A stretch of DNA of 63,568 nucleotides, counting the filler, from Octopus bimaculoides (Eukaryota): the NCBI RefSeq assembly GCF_001194135.2. It is 6 parts of 6 records of this genome, joined end to end, with 100 filler letters (N's around TTAATTAATTAA, not from the genome) between each part and the next. Parts side by side here need not be neighbours in the genome. Positions count along the whole stretch, not along the records: positions 42,568 to 62,430 come from NC_068990.1; positions 62,531 to 63,568 come from NW_026387182.1; 4 more parts are not named here. One strand, written 5' to 3'. Of the stretch, positions 51,274 through 62,834 are shown one piece after another. Numbering within the stretch: the first letter of the stretch is position 1; every line of letters starts with the position of its first letter. The position numbers were made by a program, and so were the translations under genes. A model generated the notes under the pieces. The model saw only the letters and a list, made by a program, of their open reading frames with translations, was not told the origin of the DNA and made no database searches.

Positions 51274-52644
51274 GTGAGTAAAACGGAGGACATATCTATG
51301 TAAATCTAAAGTTTTTATTTGTTTCTGTATGACTTCGTGGTTAAAAACATGTTTGTTTTGGAGGGTTTTATTTTAATAAGCAAGCAATGAATATTGCAGA
51401 ATTGGTGAAGCACCAAGTACTGTATTTATCATCATATAAGATGCACTCTTACATAAGGCACATTTATTTTACAAGTATAGTTTGTGGAGAAAAACAAATT
51501 TAATATATTTCATCATATACTTAATGAAAGATATTTTTAAATGGCTTTGTAAAGGTAAATGTATGATTCTGTGCATGTCTATACAATACTGTGACTGAAA
51601 TAAAGTATGACACCATAAATATTTGATATGTTATACAAGTACTCTGTTTCAATTTTATCTTCTCAGATCAACTGTGTAATTGTTTATATTTTGACCAAGA
51701 GAATTTCCATACAGGGTGTAAAACTCATATTTCTTTCTTTGATGCTTTTATCTAATCATGATTAGCCAGCAGGGTAGCACATGGCTACTGTGGTTTTGTT
51801 ATCCACTCATTGCAAATAGCTGATAGGGAGATGAAAATTCAACATTCCTTTCCTCTTTGTAGGAGAAATTTTCATTTAGATAATTAAAAAAAATGCAGTC
51901 ATTAAATAATGTAAAATGCATACTGGGGAAAGAGATATAATGACATAACTGCTGACATACTTGTAAGAACACTTTTATAAGTTTGTGCTAATGTTCTGTG
52001 ATATTTTGGCTTGTTTTTAATAATTTGTTGTTAACAACAATTATTGTATTGAGGGAACTTATGCTTATCCAGTTCCCTAGCCTATGGTACCTGGTCTCCT
52101 ATCCATAATTAGTTGCGGGACAATTTTTTGATACATTTAAAAATAAATGAAATGCATCTTGTATGCTAGCAAATTCAATATATGTAGTAACTCAACCTGC
52201 TAAAAGCAGCAATCAAATCTTCTTCAAGTCATTCACTATTAATAAAAAAGGAAACATTGGGTTTGAAATTGGGACCATTTCAAATTGTTTAACATGTAAT
52301 CTCTACCTCAGTATTAGTCTGTAAAATCTAGAGAACCACCCCAAAAAAGGAAATTGAACTAATTCATAACCAATCATTCTAAAAACATTTTATCGAGTAC
52401 AGACATTGCTTTGTGGTCTCAGGTTTAGTCCTACTGCATGGTAGTTTTGGGTAAGTGTCTTCTACTACAGCGTTGACCTGACCAAAGCCTTGTGAGTTGA
52501 TTTGATAGGAGGAAACTGAAAGGAGACTGTCATATATTTATTTGTGTGTGTGTGTTTGTTTACATCTGTAGTTGTCAGTTCCTGCAGTCTTGAATCATTT
52601 TTGTTTGTTTTTTTAATGTAATTTTTATTATTTTCCTGTTACAG

Positions 52645-52739
52645 TTGGAACTCCCTATTATATGTCTCCAGAAAGAATACATGAGAATGGATATAATTTC
52701 AAATCAGATATTTGGTCCCTTGGGTGTTTGTTATATGAG
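52645..52739 (+). CDS. NEK7: NEK6/7 kinase internal exon (95 nt)
   Basis: ACAG/GTAAG boundaries, phase 1-0. (V)[31 protein letters not shown]. Confidence 0.97.
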
Positions 52740-53756
52740 GTAAGCTAAAGAAAGAGCCAAATCTCTTTCAGATCACACTTTATCATCTTAAATACAACGT
52801 GACACATTGGATAATGTTATCTCAGATACACCAGGTATAAAAAAAGGGGGCAAGATGGCTTTTGATGACCTGTTGTTAAACAACTCAAAACATCTGGCAG
52901 ATGTAGATGTATGGTTCAGAAGTTCACTTCAAACCCATGTAGTTTCAAGTTTGATCCTATGGTGTGGCACATTGAGCAAGTGTCTTCTTCTATAGCCTCT
53001 CATCAGCCAATGTTACTTTGTGAGTGAAATTTGATTCATGGAATCTGTATTGATGCCCTGTGTGTGTTTCTTGGCATGTGTCTTCCCACTGACAACACTT
53101 AGGTACTGATGTTTATATCACCCATAAACAAAATGCCTCTCTGTGTGACCTTTTGGAATAAAGTATCTTACTTGGAAACTAGGGTTGTCATCTAGAAGGG
53201 CATCCAGTTCTAGAATACTGCTCCAAAAAGTTTCATCGAACTTGCGCCAGCATGGAAAAAGCAAATATAAAAGTTATGTTGATGATAATGATACATTATA
53301 TATGAGAAAAATGACAGAATATTCATAGCTGATCTAGGTCAAACATTAACACATTGTTTAGTATATATATATAGTAAATGTGAAAAAGCGTAGGTGACTT
53401 AACTCATGGATGAGACAACCAGCCAAGAGGTTGGTGGTTCATATTTTGTCAAGGGCACTACATTGTGTCAGTGGTCATGACACCCAACTCACAAGTGGAC
53501 CAGCTTACCGAGTTGAATTTGTTATTTGGTCCCAGATGAAGACTGAAGAGAGAAACAAATGAATTAGTTGATTCTGTACTGAACAACCATCAAAGGGGTC
53601 ACCTGTTTGTACTGCATCATTACATTGTATTGGTAGTGTGGCTGAGGGATGTATGTGCCCCAGACGACACTTTTAGGCCTTTTGTATAAGCCTGTATAGG
53701 AAGTATCAAAATAAGTGGTTTTTTTAATGTTGGAGTAACTTCAACTATAGCATATG

Positions 53757-54054
53757 TCAGAGATATTGCGAATAATTGCACAGTGTAGGCAGTCTGTCAA
53801 CCTTTGTAACATAAATCTGTCACAATTTAGGTTAGTTGAAATATGCTTGTTGCATATTTCAGTTACTAAAGGCAAATACACTGCAGTTACCATGGAGAAA
53901 AATCTCTCTTATGGTAAAAAGGTGTGCAAACACCAAGTTTGTTCAGTGTTGCCCTCTCTCGGGAATCTCAGATATCAATGTTTCAAGTTCACTGTCGATG
54001 AGATGTACATAAGAGAGGCAACTCCATACGAACTGAATAAAGCTTATAGCTTTA
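53757..54054 (+). repeat. Copy 1 (inverted, truncated) of a ~327-bp MITE/Helitron-like repeat
   Basis: Reverse complement aligns by eye with 55645-55911 and 58073-58311. Confidence 0.8.
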
Positions 54055-55570
54055 TATCATCATCATCATCATCATCGTCGTTGTTTAACGTCCGCTTTTC
54101 ATGCTAGCATGGGTTGGACGATTTGACTGAGGACTGGTGAAACCAGATGGCTACACCAGGCTCCAATCTGATTTGGCAGAGTTTCTACGGCTGGATGCCC
54201 TTCCTAATGCCAACCACTCAGAGAGTGTAGTGGGTGCTTTTACGTGTCACCCGCACAAAGGCCAGTCAGGCGGTACTGACAACAGCCACGCTCAAAATGG
54301 TGTATTTTATGTGCCACCCGCACAAGAGCCAGTCCAGGGGCACTGGCAACAATCTCGTTCGAAAATCCTACGAAGGCCAGTCAGGCGGTACTGGCAACGG
54401 CCACGCTCAAAATGGTGTATTTTANNNNNNNNNNNNNNNNNNNNNNNNNNNNNNNNNNNNNNNNNNNNNNNNNNNNNNNNNNNNNNNNNNNNNNNNNNNN
54501 NNNNNNNNNNNNNNNNNNNNNNNNNNNNNNNNNNNNNNNNNNNNNNNNNNNNNNNNNNNNNNNNNNNNNNNNNNNNNNNNNNNNNNNNNNNNNNNNNNNN
54601 NNNNNNNNNNNNNNNNNNNNNNNNNNNNNNNNNNNNNNNNNNNNNNNNNNNNNNNNNNNNNNNNNNNNNNNNNNNNNNNNNNNNNNNNNNNNNNNNNNNN
54701 NNNNNNNNNNNNNNNNNNNNNNNNNNNNNNNNNNNNNNNNNNNNNNNNNNNNNNNNNNNNNNNNNNNNNNNNNNNNNNNTATCATCATCATCATCATCAT
54801 CGTCGTTGTTTAACGTCCGCTTTTCATGCTAGCATGGGTTGGACGATTTGACTGAGGACTGGTGAAACCAGATGGCTACACCAGGCTCCAATCTGATTTG
54901 GCAGAGTTTCTACGGCTGGATGCCCTTCCTAATGCCAACCACTCAGAGAGTGTAGTGGGTGCTTTTACGTGTCACCCGCACAAAGGCCAGTCAGGCGGTA
55001 CTGACAACAGCCACGCTCAAAATGGTGTATTTTATGTGCCACCCGCACAACAGCCAGTCTAGGGGCACTGGCAACGATCTCGCTTGAAAGTCCTTACACA
55101 TGCCGCGGGCACAAGTGCCAGAAAAGCGATGCTGGGCACAGGTGCCATCACAATTTCGATTTCGCTTGCCCCAATAAGTCTTCGCAAGCTGAGTTTCGTG
55201 TCCCAATGAAGGAGACGACGTTGGCATGGGTACCAGTCGTCGAATTTAACTTGATTTCAATTTCACTTGCCTCAACAGGTCTCCGCAAGTGGAGTTTAGT
55301 ATCCAATTTAACTCGATTCCGATTTCGCTTGCCTCAATAGGTCTTCGCAAGTGGAGTTTAGTGTCCAATTTAACTCGATTTCGATTTCACTTGCCTCAAC
55401 AGGTCTTCGCAAGTGGAGTTTGGTGTCCAATGAAGGAAGGTACGCATAAGTGGACTGGCTGAGGCCTTAGATTTAGGTCTCACTTGGCTTGCTGGGTCTT
55501 CTCATGCACAGCATATTTCCAAAGGTCTCAGTCAGAAGTCATCCAAAGTTCGAAGGTCGTGCCTCACCAC
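54055..55570 (-). mobile_element. RTE 3' UTR fragment with internal minisatellites; first ~280 bp duplicated across an N gap
   Basis: 54058-54340 is nearly identical to 54780-55060. Three ~64-bp units lie at 55240-55430. Confidence 0.75.
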
Positions 55571-55584
55571 CATATATATATATA

Positions 55585-55911
55585 TCGGGTGATCTACTAG
55601 CATAAATCAGTCAATGTGTTGGCTGAATTATATATAAAGCTATAAGCTTTATTCAGTTCATTCAAAATTGCCTGTCTTTGGTACATCTCATTGACAAGAG
55701 TCAGTAAACTTGAAACATTGATATCTGAGATTTCCGAGAGAGAGCAACACTGAACAAACTGGGTGTTCGCACACCTTTTTATTATAAGAGAGATTTTTCT
55801 CCATGGTAACTGCAGTGTATTTGCCTTCAGCAGTTGAAATATGCGAGAAGCATATTTCAACTAACCTAAATTATGATTATATGTAAACACTGCTTAGCGC
55901 CATTACTCTGA
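55585..55911 (-). repeat. Copy 2 (complete) of the ~327-bp MITE/Helitron-like repeat
   Basis: TA-flanked. Imperfect terminal inverted motif TCGGGTGAT / (rc) TCAGAGTAAT. Two internal hairpins. Confidence 0.75.
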
Positions 55912-55923
55912 TATTTTTCTTGA

Positions 55924-58311
55924 TTAGGCGATCTACTAGCACAAATCAGTCAATGTGTTGGCTGAAATACACATAAAGCTATAAGCTTTATTCAGTTCAT
56001 TCGGAGTTGCCTCTCTTGTTTGGCTGCTGCTTGTTTGTGAGTTCGATTTGCGTTATTCCCATGTTTTCTTGTTATTGCACTATTTATTTTTTACACTGTT
56101 TTTGTACCCGCTGAGATTTGAACTGTTGTCGGTCTGTTAACGGTAATTTTCGCCCTGTAGGGCAGAAAATTGCGAATTTGTTATTGTTGGGAAAAACTAC
56201 TGTTGAACTTTTGAACTATGTGAATTTTTTAGCCTTTGTAGGGTAGAAAAAATTATTTTTCAAAAAATATTCTTTCAATTCCTTTTGAAGGAATTCATTT
56301 TGTAATGGAATTTAACATCATGTATGGGGAGCACTTCCCATAGATGAAGAACATACCAGGCAAGGAGGCTGACAATGAAAAGCAAGTGTTTGGGGAGAAA
56401 CCCAGTTTCTCGGCCGCTGTAGGTGGGAAGATGATAGAGATAGAGGTAACAATAGCAGAAATATTTAAGTACCAAAATTTAGTGAAGGAAAATGGAAATG
56501 ATAGAAAATTGCTACCCCTGCAGGAAATCATTCAGAATATAGCAGCAAAAATGGTAGTTTACAAAACTTATAATGTAAAAGAAAAATGGATTATGACTTG
56601 CAAAAGTGAAATAATTGAAAGGTGTTTGGCACCGATTTGGAACAAGATTGTATATGTCAGACGTGGTACAAGGAGTGCCATGGTGGAGGCAGTTTGCTAA
56701 CGAGAACACAGCGAAGGAGTTATCTACAAGGACTTTAAAAACGAGGAGATAATCTTACTACCCATGTATTTGGGTAGAAGAACAGCAAAAATTACAGTAG
56801 AGGAGATACCAGTGGGGTACGAGGTAATCTGGATAGCAGCAGCCATAACATATGATATGGAGGAGAAAATGGAGATATTATAGATGAAGAAAGTGGCCAA
56901 AAATTGGAAAGGACAGACCTTTGAGATCGTGGTCCAAGCCTTCCCTGAAGTACTGGAAAAGTTGCCCAGTAGGGTATTTATAGGGGAGGGGCTGAGTGTG
57001 AGAGTTGCAGTTGAGGGGCGTAGGCCATGTTTTAAGTGTGGCGAAAAGGGCTACATCCTCGCTGAATGTGAAACAAAAGAAAAAGAGTGAAGCCCCTCCT
57101 CAAAAAGAACACCAAAAAGAACTGCAAGAAACGGGAGAAAAAGAGAAACAAATGGCAGGGATAGAAAAGGCAGTAGAAGAAACGAAAAGTCAAGAAGAGG
57201 AACAAAAAAAAAAACAAGGAAAGACACGACTCCAGTAACAGAAGAAGAAAAGGACTTTACCGTGGTTACATCCCACAAGAGGAAAAAGGCCCAAGCCCCG
57301 GACTCCCCTCCCCATACAAAGAAAACAAACAAGCATACTACAGACATGAAAAAACTCCCCACACCATACTCTTCGTAAAACCCACAGCCCATTACAAAAC
57401 CCTATCCCAAAATGGAAAAAAAATTGTGCCATTTAATGAAAGAAATGAAGCACTGTCAAGAGTGATCAGAGCTCATTACAAAATCTCGAGTTTATATAAA
57501 GACAATAAGGATTTGCCACCTCACATCTGAATTGCGAGGATGGATGTGGGGTTATTCAATGAACTCAAAGGAAGATATCCTAATGACTTAAAAGATGTAA
57601 GACAAGAGCTGGCCGGTAGAACCTTTATGGTCAGTCCAGCAGCTACACCGCAAAAGAAAAAGGATGGGGAGGAAGCTGGATTTTTGCAGCCCCTTCCCAA
57701 ACTTAAAATTTATGTAAGTATACTTTTACTATGGAGATTAAGCTAGGGTGTGTAAATGCGCGTGGCCTGGGATTGAAACAGAAACAAACTTGTCTCCTGG
57801 ACAACCTTAGGTCACTAGATATAAATGGTTATGTTATTCGGAAAAATGGAAGTCGGGTATGGATGACCCTACTTAATCTCATCCATGGTAGAAAAGTATA
57901 GACTTCATGGCCAGGAGTAAATTTGTTTAAAAATAAATTCATAAATTGTAAATATAACATTTCATAATCATATTTTTAAAACCACTGTTTAAAGAACTCA
58001 TAAACGCACTATTTGTTTGTAGTGTCCTGTGTTGTCCCATCTATGTATGATATATATTATAATAAAGAGTCATCTCTTAGGTACAACTTGTTGACAAGAG
58101 TCAATAAACTCAAAACATTGATGTCTGAGATTCCTGAGAGAGGGCGACACTGAACAAACTGGGTGTTTTCACTCCTTTTTACCATAAGAGAGATTTTTCT
58201 CCACGGTAACTGCAGTGTATTTGTCTTTAGCAGTTGAAATATGTGACAAACATATTTCAACTAACCTAAATTGTGATTATACATAAACACTGCTTCGCAT
58301 CATTACTCCGA
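55924..58311 (-). repeat. Copy 3 of the same repeat, split at 56017/58073 by a Tx1-type insertion
   Basis: 55924-56017 plus 58073-58311 reconstitute one unit; TCTCTT lies on both sides of the insert. Confidence 0.75.
56018..58072 (+). mobile_element. Internally deleted Tx1/L1-type element: 5' UTR, decayed ORF1, first ~35 codons of APE, 3' UTR
   Basis: ORF1 with VAVEGRRPCFKCGEKGYILAEC knuckle. ORF2 start LGCVNARGLG...LRSLDIN (APE motif I). 3' TGTCCCATCTATGTA...AATAAAG. Confidence 0.75.
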
Positions 58312-59329
58312 TATAAATATATGTACATTTATATAATTTTAAGAGGGAGTCGCCGTGCAATATGTTAAATTCTAGTTACATCACTGCATTGTGTCTTTTA
58401 CCCACACCTACTTTGTCAACCTATCTCTTTGTATGCACCACACCACAATGGTGGTATACATCATGACTGAACAGGTGTAACTCTGTAAAATTTGATTTGA
58501 GTATATATTTCTTTCGCATAGGGTCTGAACACAGTTCCCATCATATATTTAAGGAGTAGTTTCCCCTAATATTGTCCACTTTGCTTGATTACCATTCATG
58601 AAACAACAGCTCTTGAATCAACAGTTAAGTTTTTATTTTATTCAAATGTGACTTGGTTAATGTTCCTACAGTTTCCTCTTTCCTGTCAACATCTCGCCAG
58701 CTATACCACATGTATTTCAGCCAGTCTCCCTTCTCATTGCATAATATTTATATGATAAATATACTGATTAAAATGTACATGTGTATTAATATGGTATTAA
58801 TAATTAAATATTATGACTTCTTGTAAGTGTGTTTAACTATGTGGAAACTAATATTCGTTTGTGCTGGGTCTGAACACAGCGTCCATTTTTGCACACCCAT
58901 TATGCCTGCCCACCTTTCCCCACTACCACCATTTTAATTTAAATGTACATTAACTGTTTCCTTTGGCAAGTTGTATGCTCCTCCTGTACTATGTGTAGGG
59001 GTATATATTTTGCTTAATTTTCTCTTTGTATCATATGCATGCAGGCATCTGTATGAGTGCAGCATACATCTAAGGTAACTGCATCTATCACTGTTTGGAC
59101 ATAATACTTAAGCCATCCTGTGTAGCCACCCTATCCTCTCTTCCTGGTCAACTTACATACCCTATTCTCATACCCTCTTCATCCCTTCCTTGTTGGCTCT
59201 TGCTCTGGATGTTGTATGGGATTGAGGAAATAGTAATTCATTGAATAAAATATGTACCAAAGCTCTATGCTAGCTGGCAAGTATTTGTGCAGATCTTCTT
59301 TTCAGGTGATGACAAAAATTCCACAGCAA

Positions 59330-60260
59330 CTGCCTTCCCACTGTCACTCTCAAGTACACACTTTCAGGGCTGCTACTATCAACATTGGCACACTGAAAGG
59401 AAGGAGTGCGAGATTGTTGAAAAGCTGGAGCAACACCATGTTGATGTATGTGGTGTGCAAGAAGTAAGATGGAGGGCAGGGGAGCCTCTGCTAGATTCCT
59501 CATGGATAAGAAACAGAGGTTCAAATACTTCTAGGTTGGCAGGATTGATGGAATGGGTGGTGTAAGCATACTGTTAGCAGAAAAGTGGGTAGATAAGGTA
59601 ATTGAGGTGATCAGATTGGGTAATTAAGCTGTGTGATTGGGTAATTAAGCTGTGTGATTGGGTAATTAAGCTGAGACTTATAGATAAATTAATAATTACC
59701 TTTATCTCTGCCTGTGCTCCTCAGTCTGATGAGCAGAAGGACCAATTCTGTGAGGTCCTTTTGCAGGCTACCTCAACGACAAATGACAGATTTCGTTATT
59801 GTGGCTGGTGACTTCAGTGAGCATGTTGGACAACATCCCCATGGGGATGCTGTCCTAGGAATGAGGAGGGAAGAAGACTACTGGAGTTCTGTGATGCAAA
59901 TGATCTTATGATCCACAACACTAACTTCAGAAAACCAGCCAGTCACCAAATCACTTAAAAGTCTGGAGGGCGTCACCAGGCAACATAATAGACAGATGCT
60001 TGCATATGCAAAGTCTTTCCTACGTAAAGAGTGTACAACCCAACATAGGTTACTAGTTAGTGACTTCAGAATTATAACTAGAAAGAGTCGGAGAAATAAA
60101 CCATTCTGGAAAAGATTATAGAAGCTCAAAGACCCAGCAAACAAACAGAAATTCAGAGATGTCCTAATGGAAGCCTCTGACAAAAAAGAGGAAGTGTTGT
60201 GGACATATAGCTTAGAGGATAATTGGAAGCTTCTGTGGGACAATCTACCGAGGGCTGGTA
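59330..60260 (+). mobile_element. RTE LINE APE endonuclease region, decayed
   Basis: ATINIGTLKG..VDVCGVQEVRW, ISACAPQ, IVAGDFSEHVG, NTNFRKPASH. Confidence 0.85.
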
Positions 60261-60429
60261 CAAAATCCATTCATTTTAGTGAAGTCATTTTGAGCGAAAC
60301 ATTATGAGCGAATGGTATTTTAAGCAAAATATATGCTATTGTATGTATTGTGGTTGATGTCGGCGATTGATGGGTGTTAATTTATATGACCTTGATGTTT
60401 TACAAGAAAGGTTATAAGAAACATTTGTA

Positions 60430-60900
60430 GCTAACTTATTTATGGACATTATTGTTTCAAATCGTGCAGAAACAAAATATCCTATAATGGTTTCATCTAT
60501 AGAAAGGATAAAACTACTCAAACCACAATTACATAGTGTTGTGAATTGAAAGGTTGCAAAGGACAGTTGAGTACCTCATTGGATCCTGAAAAGGATAGAA
60601 ATTGTACTGAGAAAGGAGAACACTTGCATGCTTCTGAACCTGTTAAAGTTGGTGAGGAAAAAGTTAAAGAAAATGTCTGCAAAGCTGCTGTAACAACACA
60701 TGATCCACTGAGATGCATACTCCAAGGTGCTATTACTGATCTACCAAACAAACTTGCAACAAAGATTGGATCAATAGCAAAATTAAAATGTATCATACCT
60801 AGGAAGAGCTATGGGGAACTATCCTACCCCACCCCATCAATCAGCTGCATCCATCATTATTCCAGAATTCATGGCACGAATAAAAGCCTTACCTGGCTGA
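60430..60900 (+). mobile_element. FLYWCH/MULE-type transposase N-terminal remnant
   Basis: KDKTTQTTIT.CCELKGCKGQLST...EHLHASEP..KVKENV..AAVTTHDPLRCILQ resembles a FLYWCH finger plus MULE linker. Confidence 0.5.
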
Positions 60901-61002
60901 GAGACAATTGTCAATGATTAGCTGATGAAACTTTCAAAACGGCTACAAGTATTCTCCTACAAATTTTTACAGTGCATTCATTGATAAAGCAAAGTGTAAT
61001 AT

Positions 61003-62040
61003 TATCATCACCATCATCATCATCTGTTGTCCACTTTCCATGATGTGGGTTGAACGGTTTGACTGAGAACTGGTAGGCCAGGGAACTGCACCAGGTTCCA
61101 ATCTGATCTGGCAAGGTTTCTATGGCTGGATGCCCTTCCTAACACCAGCCACTTCAAATGTGTAGTGAGTACTTTTTACGTGTCACCAGCATCAGCCACG
61201 ACTATGATCTCACTTGGCCTGACAGGTCTACACAAGCACAGTGTATCACCAAAGGTCTTGGTTACCTGTCACTGCCTCTGTGAGGCCCAACGCTCGAATG
61301 ATGCTTTTCATCTTCCACTGGCACAGGTGCCAGTCAGATGGCACTGGCATTGACCACAACTGTAGTTTCACTTGGCTCGACAGGTCTTCTCAAGCACAGC
61401 ATATCATCCAATGTTCGAAAGGTGCTTTTTACATGCCAGTTATGCGACACTGGCATAGGCCACAGCATATTGCCAAAGGTCTTGGTCACTTGTCATTGCC
61501 TCCATTAGATCCAACATTTGAAGATCATGCTTCACCACCTCATCCCATGTCTTCCTGGGTCCACCTCTTCCCCAGGTTCCCTCCACTGTTAGAGTGCAAC
61601 ACTTTGCATAGCTGTCCTTGTCCATATGCATCATGTGATCATACCAGTCTCTCTTGCACATCACATCTAAAGCCTCTGATGCCCAACTTTTCTTTCAGGA
61701 CACTTACACTCTGTCATGCATGCATGTTGACATTACACATCCAGCGAAGCATACTAGCTTCATTTCTTACATGCCCTCCCTAACACCAGCCACTTCAAGC
61801 TGTCACGACCCATGTTTCACTACCGTGTTGCATGGCTGTTCGCACATAAGCATCATACAGTCTGCCTTTCATTCTGAGTGTGAGGCCCTTTGTTACCAGC
61901 AGGGGTAGGAGCTCTCTGAACTTTGTCCAGCCTATGTTTATTCTTGCAGCTATCATCTTGGAGCATACACTCCTGCTACTGACTTTGTCACTTAGGTAAT
62001 GGAAGCTATTGACTACTTCCAGTTTTCCACCCTGGCATGT
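61003..62040 (-). mobile_element. 5'-truncated RTE LINE
   Basis: GTWGRGGPRKTWDEVVKHDL followed by the same 3' UTR family and (GAT)n tail. Confidence 0.85.
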
Positions 62041-62075
62041 AATGGAATTTATTTTCTGTACATTTTTAGTGTTAA

Positions 62076-62170
62076 CTAGCAGAAATACCCGGCTTTGCCC
62101 GGGTTAAAGAGAATAATGAAATCTAAAAACGCCGTCTAGACTACGCAACCCTCAACTGTTAGTAGCTACG
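62076..62170 (-). mobile_element. Helitron-type 3' terminus
   Basis: Minus strand: hairpin CCCGGGCAAAGCCGGG, 8 nt, then CTAG|T. Confidence 0.55.
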
Positions 62171-62530
62171 ATACCATATTTCTACATTAATAACTCTCCA
62201 ATCCATGCCAGCATGGAACATAGACATTAAGTGGAATGCCAGTCTCTCATCTAGGAGGGCCTTGAAATCAATGTTACCAACTGGGGACTATGTGTGTCGT
62301 AGTGATAATAAAAAGACCCAAAGGAGGTCTGCAACGAAATATTTTTACTCAACACTTTGCAAGTGAATCAGTGGAGGCAAAGATGCGTCTCATTTACTTG
62401 ACAATTTATGCACCACATTGCAGAAATCACNNNNNNNNNNNNNNNNNNNNNNNNNNNNNNNNNNNNNNNNNNNNTTAATTAATTAANNNNNNNNNNNNNN
62501 NNNNNNNNNNNNNNNNNNNNNNNNNNNNNN

Positions 62531-62834
62531 GCGTTGTGAGTGTTTATTGAGCGAAAACACCTAGAGCTCCACGAAGCTCCGACAGGGGTGGTAGTGAACC
62601 CTGCTGTGCTCTTTCACCACTACATTCTCTCACTCTTACTTCCTGTTTCTGTGGTGCCTGTAATTCAAAGGGTCAGCCTTGTCATACTGTGTCACGCTGA
62701 ATATCCTCGAGAACTACGTTAAGGGTACACGTGTTTGTGGAGTGATCAGCCACTTGCACGTTAATTTCACGAGCAGGCTGTTCCGTTGATCGGATTAACT
62801 GGAACCCTCGACGTCGTAGGCGACGGAGTGCCAA
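62531..62834 (+). mobile_element. SINE family C copy (head lost in the gap)
   Basis: Reverse complement of 27686-27990, followed by a (CAA)n tail. Confidence 0.8.

Noticed and set aside
53757-54054. The 327-bp repeat as an snRNA, 5S or SL RNA gene (common Tx1 targets)
   Set aside because: No recognisable U1/U2/U4/U5/U6/U11/U12 or 5S signature by eye; an Rfam search is still warranted.
55240-55430. Three ~64-bp direct repeats resembling an array
   Set aside because: Head-to-tail tandem units without unique spacers, inside a LINE 3' UTR in eukaryotic DNA; not CRISPR.
59600-59670. 21-bp triple tandem GATTGGGTAATTAAGCTGTGT
   Set aside because: Local slippage duplication inside a decayed RTE endonuclease region.
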